DNA of 64,000 nt from an uncultured Prevotella sp. (GTDB taxonomy: Bacteria; Bacteroidota; Bacteroidia; Bacteroidales; Bacteroidaceae). The stretch lies in assembly GCA_905236455.1 (NCBI GenBank), contig CAJOPT010000096.1, forward strand, positions 4,922 to 68,921, written 5' to 3'. Positions 39,562 through 50,591 of the stretch are shown here, piece by piece (positions within the stretch are counted from its first letter, which is position 1; every line of letters begins with the position of its first letter). The position numbers and the translations under genes were made by a program. The notes below the pieces were generated by a model that worked only from the letters and a program-made list of their open reading frames with translations, had not been told where the DNA came from and searched no databases.

Positions 39562-40631
39562 GACAAAGACTATTATTCATCGACCGCGACGGCACAATTA
39601 TAGAAGAGCCTGCCGACGAGCAGATTGACTCATTTGAGAAGCTGACATTTGTCAAAGGGGCAATCACAAACCTGGCATTCATCGCCAAAAACCTGGACTT
39701 CAAGCTTATCATGGTAAGCAACCAGGACGGGCTTGGAACCGAAGCTTTCCCTGAGCACACATTTTGGCCTGTACACAACTTTATTTTACAGACATTGGAG
39801 GGGGAAGGTGTCATCTTTGACGCACAGCACATTGACCCGCATTTCCCGGAAGACAACCACCCTGACAGGAAACCGGGAACAGGGATGTTGAAGGAATATT
39901 TCGACGAAGACAAATACGACCTCGACAACAGCTATGTCATAGGTGACAGGGAAACTGACCGCAAGCTGGCTGAGAATCTTGGTTGCAAGGCACTTATACT
40001 CAACGATGAGGGTATGTCATGGGACAAGATCTCTGAGCTGTTGTTCGCCGGAGAGAGACATGCTGAGGTGAGACGGACAACCAAGGAAACCGATATTTTC
40101 GTAAGCATCGACCTTGACGGCACTGGCAAGTGCGACATTGCCACAGGGTTAGGATTCTTCGACCACATGCTTGAACAAATAGGCAAACACGGCATGATAG
40201 ACCTTACGATACATACGAAAGGAGACTTGCATGTTGACGAGCACCACACAATAGAGGACACTGCCATAGCTCTTGGCGAATGTATCGGCATCGCTTTAGG
40301 AAATAAGCGTGGCATAGAACGCTATGGCTATACCCTTCCGATGGACGATTGTCTCTGTTCTGTCGCACTTGACTTCGGAGGACGCCCATGGCTGGTTTGG
40401 GACGCCGAGTTCCGCCGCGAGAAAATCGGCGAGATGCCGACCGAGATGTTCTTACATTTCTTCAAGAGCTTGTCTGACGCGGCAAAGATGAACCTAAACA
40501 TCAAGGCTGAGGGTGACAATGAGCATCACAAGATAGAAGGAATATTCAAAGCTCTTGCCCGTAGCCTCAAGATGGCTGTGAGGCGCGACATTTATCACTA
40601 CGAGTTGCCTTCAACAAAAGGAATGCTATAA
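39558..40631 (+). CDS. hisB: Bifunctional histidinol-phosphatase/imidazoleglycerol-phosphate dehydratase
   Basis: FIDRDGT HAD motif, [22 protein letters not shown]. Confidence 0.97.
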   Translation: MRQRLLFIDRDGTIIEEPADEQIDSFEKLTFVKGAITNLAFIAKNLDFKLIMVSNQDGLGTEAFPEHTFWPVHNFILQTLEGEGVIFDAQHIDPHFPEDNHPDRKPGTGMLKEYFDEDKYDLDNSYVIGDRETDRKLAENLGCKALILNDEGMSWDKISELLFAGERHAEVRRTTKETDIFVSIDLDGTGKCDIATGLGFFDHMLEQIGKHGMIDLTIHTKGDLHVDEHHTIEDTAIALGECIGIALGNKRGIERYGYTLPMDDCLCSVALDFGGRPWLVWDAEFRREKIGEMPTEMFLHFFKSLSDAAKMNLNIKAEGDNEHHKIEGIFKALARSLKMAVRRDIYHYELPSTKGML

Positions 40632-40687
40632 TTAATATATAGTAGAGAAATAAAACAAAAAGACTGAGTAATAATACAAATAATAAT

Positions 40688-41443
40688 ATGAAACCGATTT
40701 TCATTGCTGGGCCATGTGTAATCGAATCCGCTGAACTGCTCGACATTGTGGCAAAGGAGCTTGTAAGGATAAACGAAGAGTTAGATGTAGACATAATCTT
40801 CAAGGCTTCTTTCGACAAAGCCAACCGCACGTCGATACAATCCTTCCGTGGACCTGGACTGGAGAAGGGACTTCAAATGCTGGCTGACATCAAGGAACGA
40901 TATGGTCTCAGGATTCTTACCGACATACATGAGAGCTGTCAGGCTGCTCCTGTTGGAGAGATTGTAGACGTCATACAGATCCCCGCTTTCCTTTGCCGCC
41001 AAACCGACCTGTTAGTGGCTGCTGCCCGCACTGGTAAAACCGTCAACATAAAAAAAGCACAGTTCCTCAGCGGTAACGACATGAGATACCCTGTAGAGAA
41101 AGCGAAAGATGCCGGTGCGAAAGATGTATGGCTTACGGAACGTGGCAACAGTTTTGGATATAACAATTTAGTTGTGGACTTCAGAAATATTGACGACATG
41201 CGCCAGTTTGTCCCCACGGTAATCATGGACTGTACACATAGTGTGCAACGCCCTGGAGCCGGCGGAGGAAAAACCAGCGGTGACCGCAAATTCGTTCCGG
41301 CAATGGCAATGGCAGCTAAGGCTTTCGGAGCCACTGGATATTTCTTTGAGGTACACCCCACCCCAGACAAAGGTCTGAGTGATGCGGCAAACATGCTGGA
41401 ATTAAACAAGTTAGAGTCAGTAATTAAAGAATTGTTATCATAA
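40688..41443 (+). CDS. kdsA: KDO8P synthase
   Basis: IAGPCVIES, FKASFDKANRTS, QIPAFLCRQTDL, DCTHSVQ. Confidence 0.98.
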   Translation: MKPIFIAGPCVIESAELLDIVAKELVRINEELDVDIIFKASFDKANRTSIQSFRGPGLEKGLQMLADIKERYGLRILTDIHESCQAAPVGEIVDVIQIPAFLCRQTDLLVAAARTGKTVNIKKAQFLSGNDMRYPVEKAKDAGAKDVWLTERGNSFGYNNLVVDFRNIDDMRQFVPTVIMDCTHSVQRPGAGGGKTSGDRKFVPAMAMAAKAFGATGYFFEVHPTPDKGLSDAANMLELNKLESVIKELLS

Positions 41444-41453
41444 AGGAACATCA

Positions 41454-42404
41454 ATGAAACAAGCAAGACAATACGCCATTCAATGTATTCAAGACGAAGC
41501 GCAAGCGGTCTTGGAATTAATACCACAATTGGATGAGAACTTCGACAAAGCCGTGGAACTAATGTATAACTGCCACGGTAAGGTAATTGTAACCGGTGTT
41601 GGCAAGAGCGGACATATCGGAGCGAAGATTGCCGCCACGCTCTCGTCAACGGGAACACCGGCATTCTTCATCAATCCCTTAGATGTTTTCCATGGAGACT
41701 TAGGCGTTATCACCCAAGATGATGTTGTCTTGGCATTAAGCAATTCCGGACAGACCGACGAGCTGCTTCGTTTCATACCAATGGTTCTACACATGAAAGT
41801 GCCTCTCATTGGCATGAGTGGGAACCCGCATTCTCTCCTCGCGAAATACTCTGACGTGCATATCAAAGTAAAAGTTGAGAAAGAAGCCTGCCCTCTCAAC
41901 CTTGCACCAACAAGCAGCACAACCGCCGCATTGGTAATCGGTGACGCCTTGGCTATTGCGTTGATGCAGGAAAGAAACTTCAAACCTCGTGACTTCGCAC
42001 AATTCCATCCTGGTGGTGAGTTAGGTAAACGGCTGCTGACAACCGCGGCTGACGTGATGCGGTCTGATGAGCTGCCAGTCATACCAAAGGAAATGCACCT
42101 TGGAGAGGCTATCATCCATGTGAGCAAAGGCAAACTCGGTTTAGGAGTATCATTGGAGAATGGACAGGTATGTGGTCTTATCACCGATGGCGACATACGC
42201 CGAGCCATGGAGAAGTGGCAGGAGAAATTCTTCGACAAGACCGTCAATGACATTATGACTCTTAATCCTAAGACCGTCTTCCCGTCGACAAAGATTACGG
42301 AGATACAACGCATCATGCACCGATACAAGATACATACGGTTCTTGTGGTTGACAAAGATAAGCATTTGCTTGGTATCGTTGACCATTATTCATGTATGAT
42401 ATAA
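41454..42404 (+). CDS. kdsD: Arabinose-5-phosphate isomerase (KpsF/GutQ)
   Basis: TGVGKSGHIG, APTSSTT, FHPGGELG, two CBS domains. Confidence 0.95.
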   Translation: MKQARQYAIQCIQDEAQAVLELIPQLDENFDKAVELMYNCHGKVIVTGVGKSGHIGAKIAATLSSTGTPAFFINPLDVFHGDLGVITQDDVVLALSNSGQTDELLRFIPMVLHMKVPLIGMSGNPHSLLAKYSDVHIKVKVEKEACPLNLAPTSSTTAALVIGDALAIALMQERNFKPRDFAQFHPGGELGKRLLTTAADVMRSDELPVIPKEMHLGEAIIHVSKGKLGLGVSLENGQVCGLITDGDIRRAMEKWQEKFFDKTVNDIMTLNPKTVFPSTKITEIQRIMHRYKIHTVLVVDKDKHLLGIVDHYSCMI

Positions 42405-42408
42405 TGAT

Positions 42409-43710
42409 ATGATTATGATTGGAAGTCACGAAAGGAAACTTAAAACAATAGCCTTCCTTTGCCTCTATCTTATGATAATGGCAGTACGGCCTGCTGATGC
42501 ACAGACGGCCGATTCCATTATCGTTAACCAGCTCCGAGAAGAAGGCATTACTTTCTCCAACAACAACTCCGTGACATTACTGATGAATGGTCAGGAGAAA
42601 TTCGATGACCTGTTCAAAGCCATAAAACAAGCAAAGAGTAGTATTCACTTGGAGTACTTTAACTTTCGCAATGACTCCATCGCAAACCTTCTCTTTGACT
42701 TACTGACTGAGAAAGCCAAGGAAGGGGTTGAAATCCGTGCGCTTTTTGATGGATTTGGTAATACGTCCAACAACCAGCCTTTGAAAAAAAAGCATATTAA
42801 AAAGATACGTGACAATGGCATAGAGATACAAGAATTCAACCCTGTCCGATTCCCATGGATAGATGACATATTCAATCGCGATCACCGCAAAATAGTTATA
42901 ATAGACGGTCAGATTGCCTACACCGGGGGTATGAACGTTGCTGACTATTACATCAACGGTACAGAGGTCGTAGGCGAATGGCATGACATGCACTGCCGCA
43001 TTGAAGGCGATGAGGTAAACTCGCTCCAGAGAATATTTTTGAGGATGTGGAACAAGGTCAGCAAGCAGAACGTCAGTGGTGCAAAATACTATCGTGGAAG
43101 CGGACAGACAGAGTCTCTTTTCACAGAGTTGAAACCAGACACGACCATAACAGCCGGTAAAAAGATGGTTGGAATAATCAACCGCGAGCCACATAAATCA
43201 AACAAAATCATCAGAAAGTTTTATCTTAATGCCATCAACGACGCCAAAGACAGTATAAAAATTATAAACCCATACTTCACTCTAAGCGGTCCACTGAAAA
43301 AAGCTTTGAGAAAAGCTGCCAAGAGAGGCGTGAAGGTTGAGATCATGCTATCTGTAAAAAGCGACATACCCTTAACACCTGACTGTGGATTCTATAACGC
43401 CCACAAGCTAATGAAACACGGTTGTAAGATATGGCTGTACGAGCCCGGATTCCATCATACAAAGATCATCATGGTAGACGGCAGATTCTGCACGGTAGGT
43501 AGTGCGAACCTCAATGCCCGTAGCCTGCGTTTTGACTATGAGGAGAATGCTGTTATCATTGACCAACACACGACACGCGAGCTTGATAATCTTTTCGAGC
43601 ATGAAAAAAAGGATAGTTTTGTTCTTACAGAAAAGAAATGGAAAGAATGGCGCTCTCCATGGCAACGGTTTAGAGGATGGTTTGCCCATCTCCTGTCAGC
43701 ATGGCTTTAG
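42409..43710 (+). CDS. cls: Cardiolipin synthase / phospholipase D family
   Basis: Two HKD motifs (DHRKIVIID, HHTKIIMVD). Confidence 0.9.
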   Translation: MIMIGSHERKLKTIAFLCLYLMIMAVRPADAQTADSIIVNQLREEGITFSNNNSVTLLMNGQEKFDDLFKAIKQAKSSIHLEYFNFRNDSIANLLFDLLTEKAKEGVEIRALFDGFGNTSNNQPLKKKHIKKIRDNGIEIQEFNPVRFPWIDDIFNRDHRKIVIIDGQIAYTGGMNVADYYINGTEVVGEWHDMHCRIEGDEVNSLQRIFLRMWNKVSKQNVSGAKYYRGSGQTESLFTELKPDTTITAGKKMVGIINREPHKSNKIIRKFYLNAINDAKDSIKIINPYFTLSGPLKKALRKAAKRGVKVEIMLSVKSDIPLTPDCGFYNAHKLMKHGCKIWLYEPGFHHTKIIMVDGRFCTVGSANLNARSLRFDYEENAVIIDQHTTRELDNLFEHEKKDSFVLTEKKWKEWRSPWQRFRGWFAHLLSAWL

Positions 43711-43722
43711 GGATTAATGTGT

Positions 43723-44340
43723 TTATATCTGACTGATATCAACATATCCTTGCATGACGGCATATATTGTCAAGGCTGAGACACTTCTTAGTCCCAACTT
43801 GTCCATAATGTTCTTACGGTGAGTGACAACTGTCGTCAAAGCGATATTAAGACGGTCGGCAATCTCCTTGTTAATGAATCCCTGCACTATCAACGACAAC
43901 ACTTCTATCTCCCTGTCCGTCAAGACATTGTTTATTGAAGGCAATGACACTGGTGGGATTTTTCCATTTCGCCCATGCCCTTGATGAACCATCATCAATA
44001 AAGACTTCACAAGAGTCTCTTCAGGCACGTTGATACAAAGGCTATGGAATCCACTTAGTTGCGAATTAGGATCTGACGATGTTGTCAAGACAATGGTCTT
44101 GCGCCTCAGCTCACTAAAGAAAATGCGGTTTTCCAAGACTATTGAGATAGATACAAAATAGTGGAAATAATGCTGACCGGCATCTTCCATAGCCCGAAAT
44201 GACTCGTATGAGTTGAATGTTACAATCTGAGCAATAGGCGCCACCATCTGCAACAACTGTTTCAGACCAATTGCAGCCAGGGTATTAGAGTCAATAATAG
44301 CCAGCTGCGGTACATCGTGCATTCTGTTATCACTCATCAC
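43723..44340 (-). CDS. LuxR-family regulator with degenerate receiver domain
   Basis: LTDREIEVL...KEIADRLNIALTTVVTHRKNIMDKLG HTH. Confidence 0.9.
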   Translation of the reverse strand: MMSDNRMHDVPQLAIIDSNTLAAIGLKQLLQMVAPIAQIVTFNSYESFRAMEDAGQHYFHYFVSISIVLENRIFFSELRRKTIVLTTSSDPNSQLSGFHSLCINVPEETLVKSLLMMVHQGHGRNGKIPPVSLPSINNVLTDREIEVLSLIVQGFINKEIADRLNIALTTVVTHRKNIMDKLGLRSVSALTIYAVMQGYVDISQI

Positions 44341-44530
44341 TTACCTCAAGTAGCTCCTTTATTTCCTTATCTGTTTCTGTCAACTTATTTTTACATAACT
44401 TTATAAGATTCTGTGCCACTTTCAGTTGCTCTATCATCTTGTCGATATCAAGTTCTCCTTTTTCCATTTTATCGACAATCTCCTCTAATTGCTGAAGAGC
44501 TTTCTCATATTTGAAATTCTTTTCCATCAT
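44330..44530 (-). CDS. xseB: Exodeoxyribonuclease VII small subunit
   Basis: YEKALQQLEEIVDKME...LIKLCKNKL, adjacent to xseA. Confidence 0.95.
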   Translation of the reverse strand: MMEKNFKYEKALQQLEEIVDKMEKGELDIDKMIEQLKVAQNLIKLCKNKLTETDKEIKELLEVSDE

Positions 44531-44562
44531 TCTATTTGCATTATGCTTATTATGACTTCTGA

Positions 44563-45861
44563 TTATATTACAACAGATTTTATACTTCCGTACCCAAGGC
44601 GGGTTTCTATCTCATCACCTTTTAGCAAATCTTCAGAACGCCGCACCACCTTACCATTGCACAACGTCAGGCTATATCCTTGTTTTAAGAGTCTCTCAGG
44701 ATTCAGTATTTTCATGCGTTGCTCCAATAATGACAGGCGATGATTCTCTTGCATCATTCTCCTCTCAACAAGAGGAACCATCTTTCGCTCCACCGCTTCT
44801 ATATTATAAGCCGCTTCCCGCAAAGAAATCTGTATGTTTGAGCTTAAACGCTGCATTATACGGTCCAGCTTACTAAAATGCCTGTCTTTAACAAGCGAGA
44901 ATTGTAATGGTACGTTTCTTGCGATTCCATCTAAACGCGTCTTCTCATACTCCATCCTGATCGAGACTACTTTTATCAACCTCTTTTTAGCATCTTCTAT
45001 CCTACGAAGAGTCACCAAGTTATGATTAATAAGGAATGCGGCGGCGGCAGTAGGTGTCTTAACTCTTGTGTGTGAGATAATATCAAGGATACTTTCATCA
45101 CGGTCATGACCTATTCCTGTCAGGACTGGTATAGGAAAGTTTGCTACATTCTCAGCCAATATCAATGTGTCAAACCCACTCAAGTCAGCCGTCGCGCCAC
45201 CACCACGAATAATAACCACGACATCAAAATCATTGATACGGTCATTGATACGGTCAAGTGCCTCTACCACACTTTGCTCCACCTGTTCACCTTGCATTAC
45301 TGCCTCAAAAAGCTCAGTATGGAAAACCAAGCCATACTCATTTTCCGCAAGTTGATTGCAAAAGTCACCATATCCTGCAGCTGTAGGTGATGAGATGACC
45401 GCAATATTCTGGGCGAATGACGGGACAACCAATTCTTTCTGCAAATCAAATACTCCCTCTTCTTTCAGTTGCCTGATAATTTCCATCCGTTTTTTCGCCA
45501 TGTCACCTAAAGTAAACTCAGGATTTATGTCTGTAACAATCCACGAGAACCCATAGGCTTCATGAAATTGCGGGAATACTTTTAGCAACACACGCATTCC
45601 AGCAGACATCTGCTGATGTGTCACGCGCTCAAAATGAGGACGGATAAGCATCCAGGTATTACGCCAGCATTTTGCAGAGGCCCGAGCGACGAGTGGGGAT
45701 GATACATTTGCATCTGTCTGTATCAACTCCATATAGCAATGTCCCCTACTCTCCCTGAGTTCAGACAGCTCTGCCTCAACCCAATACTCGCGGTTCAGCT
45801 CTATCTCTATGACTTCCCGAACAATCGAGTTCAGCTCATATAATGTCAGAATCTTTTCCAT
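44563..45861 (-). CDS. xseA: Exodeoxyribonuclease VII large subunit
   Basis: WVEAELS OB fold, AVISSPTAAGYGDF, IIRGGG, TGIGHDRD, KTPTAAA. Confidence 0.97.
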   Translation of the reverse strand: MEKILTLYELNSIVREVIEIELNREYWVEAELSELRESRGHCYMELIQTDANVSSPLVARASAKCWRNTWMLIRPHFERVTHQQMSAGMRVLLKVFPQFHEAYGFSWIVTDINPEFTLGDMAKKRMEIIRQLKEEGVFDLQKELVVPSFAQNIAVISSPTAAGYGDFCNQLAENEYGLVFHTELFEAVMQGEQVEQSVVEALDRINDRINDFDVVVIIRGGGATADLSGFDTLILAENVANFPIPVLTGIGHDRDESILDIISHTRVKTPTAAAAFLINHNLVTLRRIEDAKKRLIKVVSIRMEYEKTRLDGIARNVPLQFSLVKDRHFSKLDRIMQRLSSNIQISLREAAYNIEAVERKMVPLVERRMMQENHRLSLLEQRMKILNPERLLKQGYSLTLCNGKVVRRSEDLLKGDEIETRLGYGSIKSVVI

Positions 45862-45890
45862 TATATATTTCCTCTAATAGTCTGATCGGC

Positions 45891-47255
45891 TCATTTGTTA
45901 TTTGTGTATGCTCTCCAGAAATCAGGAATACCATATCCGAATACATTGTCAGGTGTTTTGTAATTATCACCAGAACGACGAACAATATCTATTATCTCTT
46001 TTGCTGTCTTCCCAGGGAAAGCCTGCCAAAGACAGGCAACCATACCTGCTATGGTGGGACAAGAGAATGACGTACCGTTTGCTTTGGTCAGCTTACCGGT
46101 ACCATCCACAACAGCAGTATTACTTCCCATTGCCATAACATCAGGCTTTACTCGTCCGTCGAAAGATGGTCCGATACTACTGAATGCAGTATTTAAGCAG
46201 GCCGAATCCACGGCTCCGACGGTTAATATCTCCACAGCATCACCGGGAAAATTAATTTTCTTCCACGTACCACGGCCTGCATTTCCCGCACTATTCACAT
46301 GTACTATGCCCTTACCACATAGCATTGATGCCGCGCGTGAAATCAATGCCGTGCGCCCATCTTGCTCATAATAACGGTGACTCGTTGACTTGTCATCAAA
46401 CTCATAATATCCCAATGAACTGGAAATGACATCTGCGCCAACGCTATCGGCAAACTCAGCGGCCGCAACCCAATAGTCTTCCTCTACAAGGCTCTCTGAA
46501 TGGTCATCCTCGCTTCTTAGAAGCCAGTACGAAGCATCTGGAGCCGTTCCGACCATGACATGTGGGACCTTCATTGCCATACATGAAAGCACTGAAGTCC
46601 CATGATCCACCTCCGCAAATGGTTGATGCAATCCAGTTGCCACAAAATCACGGACTCCCAAAATGTTTATATCTTGCATCGATGGTATACGGTCAGCATT
46701 CATAAATCCACCATCAATGATTGCGATAACGACACCCTTCCCCGTGAAACCTGCGGCATGAAGGCTGTCACCTTTAAGCATTGATATCTGACGTTGAGCG
46801 GCACCATAATACCCTGGCATGACCGTATCTGTCTTCGTCAGAGACTGTACCATGGGACGTAACGATACCTTAGCCGCACGTTCTGTCCACACTTTCTCTA
46901 CATCACTAACGCATTCCAAGGTGTTAAGTCTCTCCACAATATCTGAATCATTGGAACTGACAACGACTGAATTGTTCCATTTACTTTTGCTCACAACTTT
47001 AACACCCGTGTGCTCTATCAGCTTTATGTATTCTTGGGAAACAGGTACATCTGTCTCATCAATAGCCAAGCCTTGCCGTTTTCTACGCTCAATGGACTTT
47101 TCAGACAAATATGACTCCGGATGTCTCAACAACTTCCCCACATTTTGCTTGTCAGTCAACTTAACTCTATACAGACAACGCTTTGTTTCTTGTTGAGCAT
47201 AGCCATTAATTGAAATAAGACAGAAAAAGATAAAAATAAACCTGTACATCACCAA
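45891..47255 (-). CDS. Exported S8 subtilase
   Basis: IAIIDGG (Asp), HGTSVL (His), GTSFSCP (Ser), signal peptide. Confidence 0.92.
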   Translation of the reverse strand: MVMYRFIFIFFCLISINGYAQQETKRCLYRVKLTDKQNVGKLLRHPESYLSEKSIERRKRQGLAIDETDVPVSQEYIKLIEHTGVKVVSKSKWNNSVVVSSNDSDIVERLNTLECVSDVEKVWTERAAKVSLRPMVQSLTKTDTVMPGYYGAAQRQISMLKGDSLHAAGFTGKGVVIAIIDGGFMNADRIPSMQDINILGVRDFVATGLHQPFAEVDHGTSVLSCMAMKVPHVMVGTAPDASYWLLRSEDDHSESLVEEDYWVAAAEFADSVGADVISSSLGYYEFDDKSTSHRYYEQDGRTALISRAASMLCGKGIVHVNSAGNAGRGTWKKINFPGDAVEILTVGAVDSACLNTAFSSIGPSFDGRVKPDVMAMGSNTAVVDGTGKLTKANGTSFSCPTIAGMVACLWQAFPGKTAKEIIDIVRRSGDNYKTPDNVFGYGIPDFWRAYTNNK

Positions 47256-47333
47256 CTAAAATATTAATAATGTGCAAAAGTATATCTAAATAATTGAATA
47301 ACCAAAAAATAATTGTACTTTTGCAATCTAATT

Positions 47334-48692
47334 ATGGATAAAAAACAAGCCACTTTAGAATTAGGGACAAGACCTGTAGGCAAATTACTGGTCCAATATG
47401 CCACGCCTGCAATTATTGCCATGACCGCATCAAGCCTATACAATATCATTGACCGTGCTTTCATCGGTCAGATTGTAGGACCTGAGGCGATAGCTGGTCT
47501 CGGCATTACATTCCCGTTTATGAATCTCAGTGGAGCATTTGGAGCAGCCGTAGGAGTTGGAGCATCGACATGTATTTCTGTCAGACTCGGACAAAAGGAC
47601 TATGACAGAGCCGAGCTTTTATTAGGTAATACCGTCACTTTGAACATCATCATCGGATTCCTGTTTATGGTAATATGCCTGATATTCCTCGACCCTATCC
47701 TACTTTTCTTCGGTGCGAGTGACGTGACGCTACCATATGCCAGGGAGTTCATGCAAGTAATTCTCTTAGGAAATATGGTGACACACATGTACTTTGGCAT
47801 GAACGCGGTACTAAGGGCAGCCGGCAAACCCCGCCATGCAATGTATGCCACATTGTTTACCGTATTATGCAATATAATACTTGTCATTGCGTTCGTATGG
47901 TGGTTCCGATGGGGCATCCGCGGTGCCGCATTAGCAACGATAACCTCCCAAATCCTTGCCTTATGCTGGCAGATGTTTATCTTTTCCAACAAAAAAGAAA
48001 TCCTTCACCTCAAACGCGGCATCTATGGCTTAAAGTTCCAGTTGGTTAAGAATATCATCTCCATTGGCATCTCCCCTTTCCTTATGAACGCCACCTCGTG
48101 TGTCATAGTGATTTTCATGAACAACCAGTTTGTGCGATATGGAGGCGACATGGCTGTCGGTGCATATTCGATAGCCAACTCAGTTGTTATGGTATTCTTT
48201 ATGTTTGTTATTGGAATCACCCAAGGTATGCAGCCAATAGTAGGCTATAATTATGGTGCGGAGAAATACGACCGTATGATGCGATGCCTGTGGCTTGCCA
48301 TCGCTTCCGCAACGACTATCTTACTCATAGGCTGGGGATTGTCAATGCTTTTCCCAAAAGAAATAGCCCGTATATTCACCAAAGACGAGACTCTGTTAGG
48401 ATTAGCAGCACGTGGCATACGCATAGACATGCTGGTGTTCTTTGTTGTTGGTTCTCAAGCTGTTATCACCAACTTCTTCCAATGCATAGGAAAAGTGAAG
48501 ATTTCAATATTCCTTTCACTATCTCGCCAACTATTTATGCTTTTGCCACTGGCATATATCTTACCATATTTCTGGCAACTGGACGGAGTATGGTATTCCA
48601 TGCCAATCAGTGACTTTTTGTCGTCGATAACTACACTTCCCATATTATTCTGGAATATCAGGAATTTCAAAACAAAGGAAAGGAAAGTATGA
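47334..48692 (+). CDS. MATE family efflux transporter
   Basis: LYNIIDRAFIG, GIRGAALAT, 12 TM pattern. Start set at MDKKQ. Confidence 0.93.
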   Translation: MDKKQATLELGTRPVGKLLVQYATPAIIAMTASSLYNIIDRAFIGQIVGPEAIAGLGITFPFMNLSGAFGAAVGVGASTCISVRLGQKDYDRAELLLGNTVTLNIIIGFLFMVICLIFLDPILLFFGASDVTLPYAREFMQVILLGNMVTHMYFGMNAVLRAAGKPRHAMYATLFTVLCNIILVIAFVWWFRWGIRGAALATITSQILALCWQMFIFSNKKEILHLKRGIYGLKFQLVKNIISIGISPFLMNATSCVIVIFMNNQFVRYGGDMAVGAYSIANSVVMVFFMFVIGITQGMQPIVGYNYGAEKYDRMMRCLWLAIASATTILLIGWGLSMLFPKEIARIFTKDETLLGLAARGIRIDMLVFFVVGSQAVITNFFQCIGKVKISIFLSLSRQLFMLLPLAYILPYFWQLDGVWYSMPISDFLSSITTLPILFWNIRNFKTKERKV

Positions 48693-49309
48693 AGAAAATA
48701 ATTATCAATATTGGCAGACAACTTGGAAGTGGCGGAAGAATCATCGCCAAAGACCTTGCGGAAGAATTCAATTGCAAGTTTTACGACAAAGAGATTTTGA
48801 ACCTCGCAGCCAAGGAAAGTGGGTTTTCAGAAAAATTCTTTGAGCAAAACGATGAGAGCAAAGGATTCTTCAGGTCACTTGTACACATGCAGATACCTTA
48901 TCTCACCAATAATGTATTCTACCATAACGACTTCTCACAAGAAGGATTGTTCAAGTTTCAAAGTGACGCGATAAGGAAAGCCGCAAGTCATGAGTCTTGC
49001 GTCTTTGTTGGTCGATGTGCCGACTACATCCTACGTGACTATGACAATGTTATTAATATTTTCATCACCGCCAAACTTGAATGGCGAATGGAACAGGTTA
49101 TGAGACGCCACTCATGCGACAAGACCACAGCAGAGAAGATTATCAAAAATGAAGAAAGCAGTCGGACTTCATACTATAATTATTACACTGGTAAGCAATG
49201 GGGTGACAGTACATCATACGACTTGTGTGTAAGGTCTGATCTTTTAGGTTTGAAAGAAACTGAGAAATATATCGCACTATATATAAGGAAGTATTTTGAT
49301 ATACCTTGA
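48689..49309 (+). CDS. Cytidylate kinase-like family protein
   Basis: IGRQLGSGG, FVGRCADYIL, YYNYYTGKQWG. Confidence 0.9.
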   Translation: MKKIIINIGRQLGSGGRIIAKDLAEEFNCKFYDKEILNLAAKESGFSEKFFEQNDESKGFFRSLVHMQIPYLTNNVFYHNDFSQEGLFKFQSDAIRKAASHESCVFVGRCADYILRDYDNVINIFITAKLEWRMEQVMRRHSCDKTTAEKIIKNEESSRTSYYNYYTGKQWGDSTSYDLCVRSDLLGLKETEKYIALYIRKYFDIP

Positions 49310-49399
49310 AGTTATATTTTTCGATTAAGACAATAAATCGGTCAATTCAAAAGTTATCATATAATAAATAGTAATTACTAAACAAAATATACAGCAAAT

Positions 49400-50536
49400 A
49401 TGAAAACAATTGTTATCACAGGTGGCGCAGGTTTCATCGGAAGCCACGTTGTACGTCTTTTTGTAAACAAATATCCTGAATATCATATCATCAATCTCGA
49501 CAAACTGACATACGCCGGTAACTTAGCTAACCTGAAAGATGTTGAGGACAAGCCAAATTATGAGTTTGTGAAAATGGACATCTGCGACTTTGACGCATTC
49601 TATAAGCTAATGCAAGAAAAGAAAGTAGATGGTATAATACACCTTGCCGCTGAGTCACACGTAGACCGCTCCATAAAAGATCCATTTACTTTTGCGAAAA
49701 CCAATGTAATGGGAACACTATCGCTATTGCAGGCCGCAAAACTTTATTGGGAAAGTCTACCTGAGAAATATGAGAACAAGCGTTTCTACCATATCTCAAC
49801 TGACGAAGTATATGGTGCCTTGGAACTAACTCACCCAGAAGGAGTACAGCCACCATTCACAACAACGGCATCTTCTTCTAACCATCACCTTGCCTATGGT
49901 GACAAATTCTTCCTTGAGAGCACGAAGTATAACCCACACTCACCATACTCTGCGGCCAAAGCATCCAGCGATCACTTTGTTCGAGCTTACCATGACACCT
50001 ATGGCATGCCGGTCATTGTCACCAACTGCTCAAACAATTATGGACCGTATCAGTTCCCGGAAAAGCTGATACCTTTGTTCATCAACAACATACGAAACCG
50101 AAAGCCTTTACCTGTTTACGGAAAAGGAGAGAATGTACGCGACTGGCTTTTCGTCGAGGATCATGCCCGTGCCATTGACCTGATCTTCCATAATGGCAAA
50201 ATTGCTGAGACTTATAACATCGGAGGGTTTAATGAATGGAAGAATATTGATATAATAAAAGTGGTTATCAATACCGTTGACCGCTTATTAGGACGTAAGG
50301 AAGGCGAAGACTTAGACCTCATTACTTTTGTAACAGACCGTGCCGGTCATGACCTGCGTTATGCCATAGACTCCTCAAAGCTCCAACGCGAGCTGGGCTG
50401 GGAGCCAAGTCTCCAGTTCGAGGAGGGTATTGAGAAAACTGTCCGTTGGTATCTTGACAACCAAGAATGGCTTGACAATGTCACAAGTGGTGACTATCAG
50501 AAGTACTACGACAACATGTATGGCAACAGGGGCTAA
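49400..50536 (+). CDS. rfbB: dTDP-glucose 4,6-dehydratase
   Basis: TGGAGFIGS, AAESHVDRSI, STDEVYG, YSAAKA, NCSNNYGP. Confidence 0.98.
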   Translation: MKTIVITGGAGFIGSHVVRLFVNKYPEYHIINLDKLTYAGNLANLKDVEDKPNYEFVKMDICDFDAFYKLMQEKKVDGIIHLAAESHVDRSIKDPFTFAKTNVMGTLSLLQAAKLYWESLPEKYENKRFYHISTDEVYGALELTHPEGVQPPFTTTASSSNHHLAYGDKFFLESTKYNPHSPYSAAKASSDHFVRAYHDTYGMPVIVTNCSNNYGPYQFPEKLIPLFINNIRNRKPLPVYGKGENVRDWLFVEDHARAIDLIFHNGKIAETYNIGGFNEWKNIDIIKVVINTVDRLLGRKEGEDLDLITFVTDRAGHDLRYAIDSSKLQRELGWEPSLQFEEGIEKTVRWYLDNQEWLDNVTSGDYQKYYDNMYGNRG

Positions 50537-50591
50537 GCTATTGTGATTGTCTACGCAAGCAAGTCCTTCATATACAATAAGCAGAATAATA

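Noticed and set aside
39558-40631. hisB outside a his operon
   Set aside because: Scattered his genes are not unusual, and the gene is intact and ordinary.
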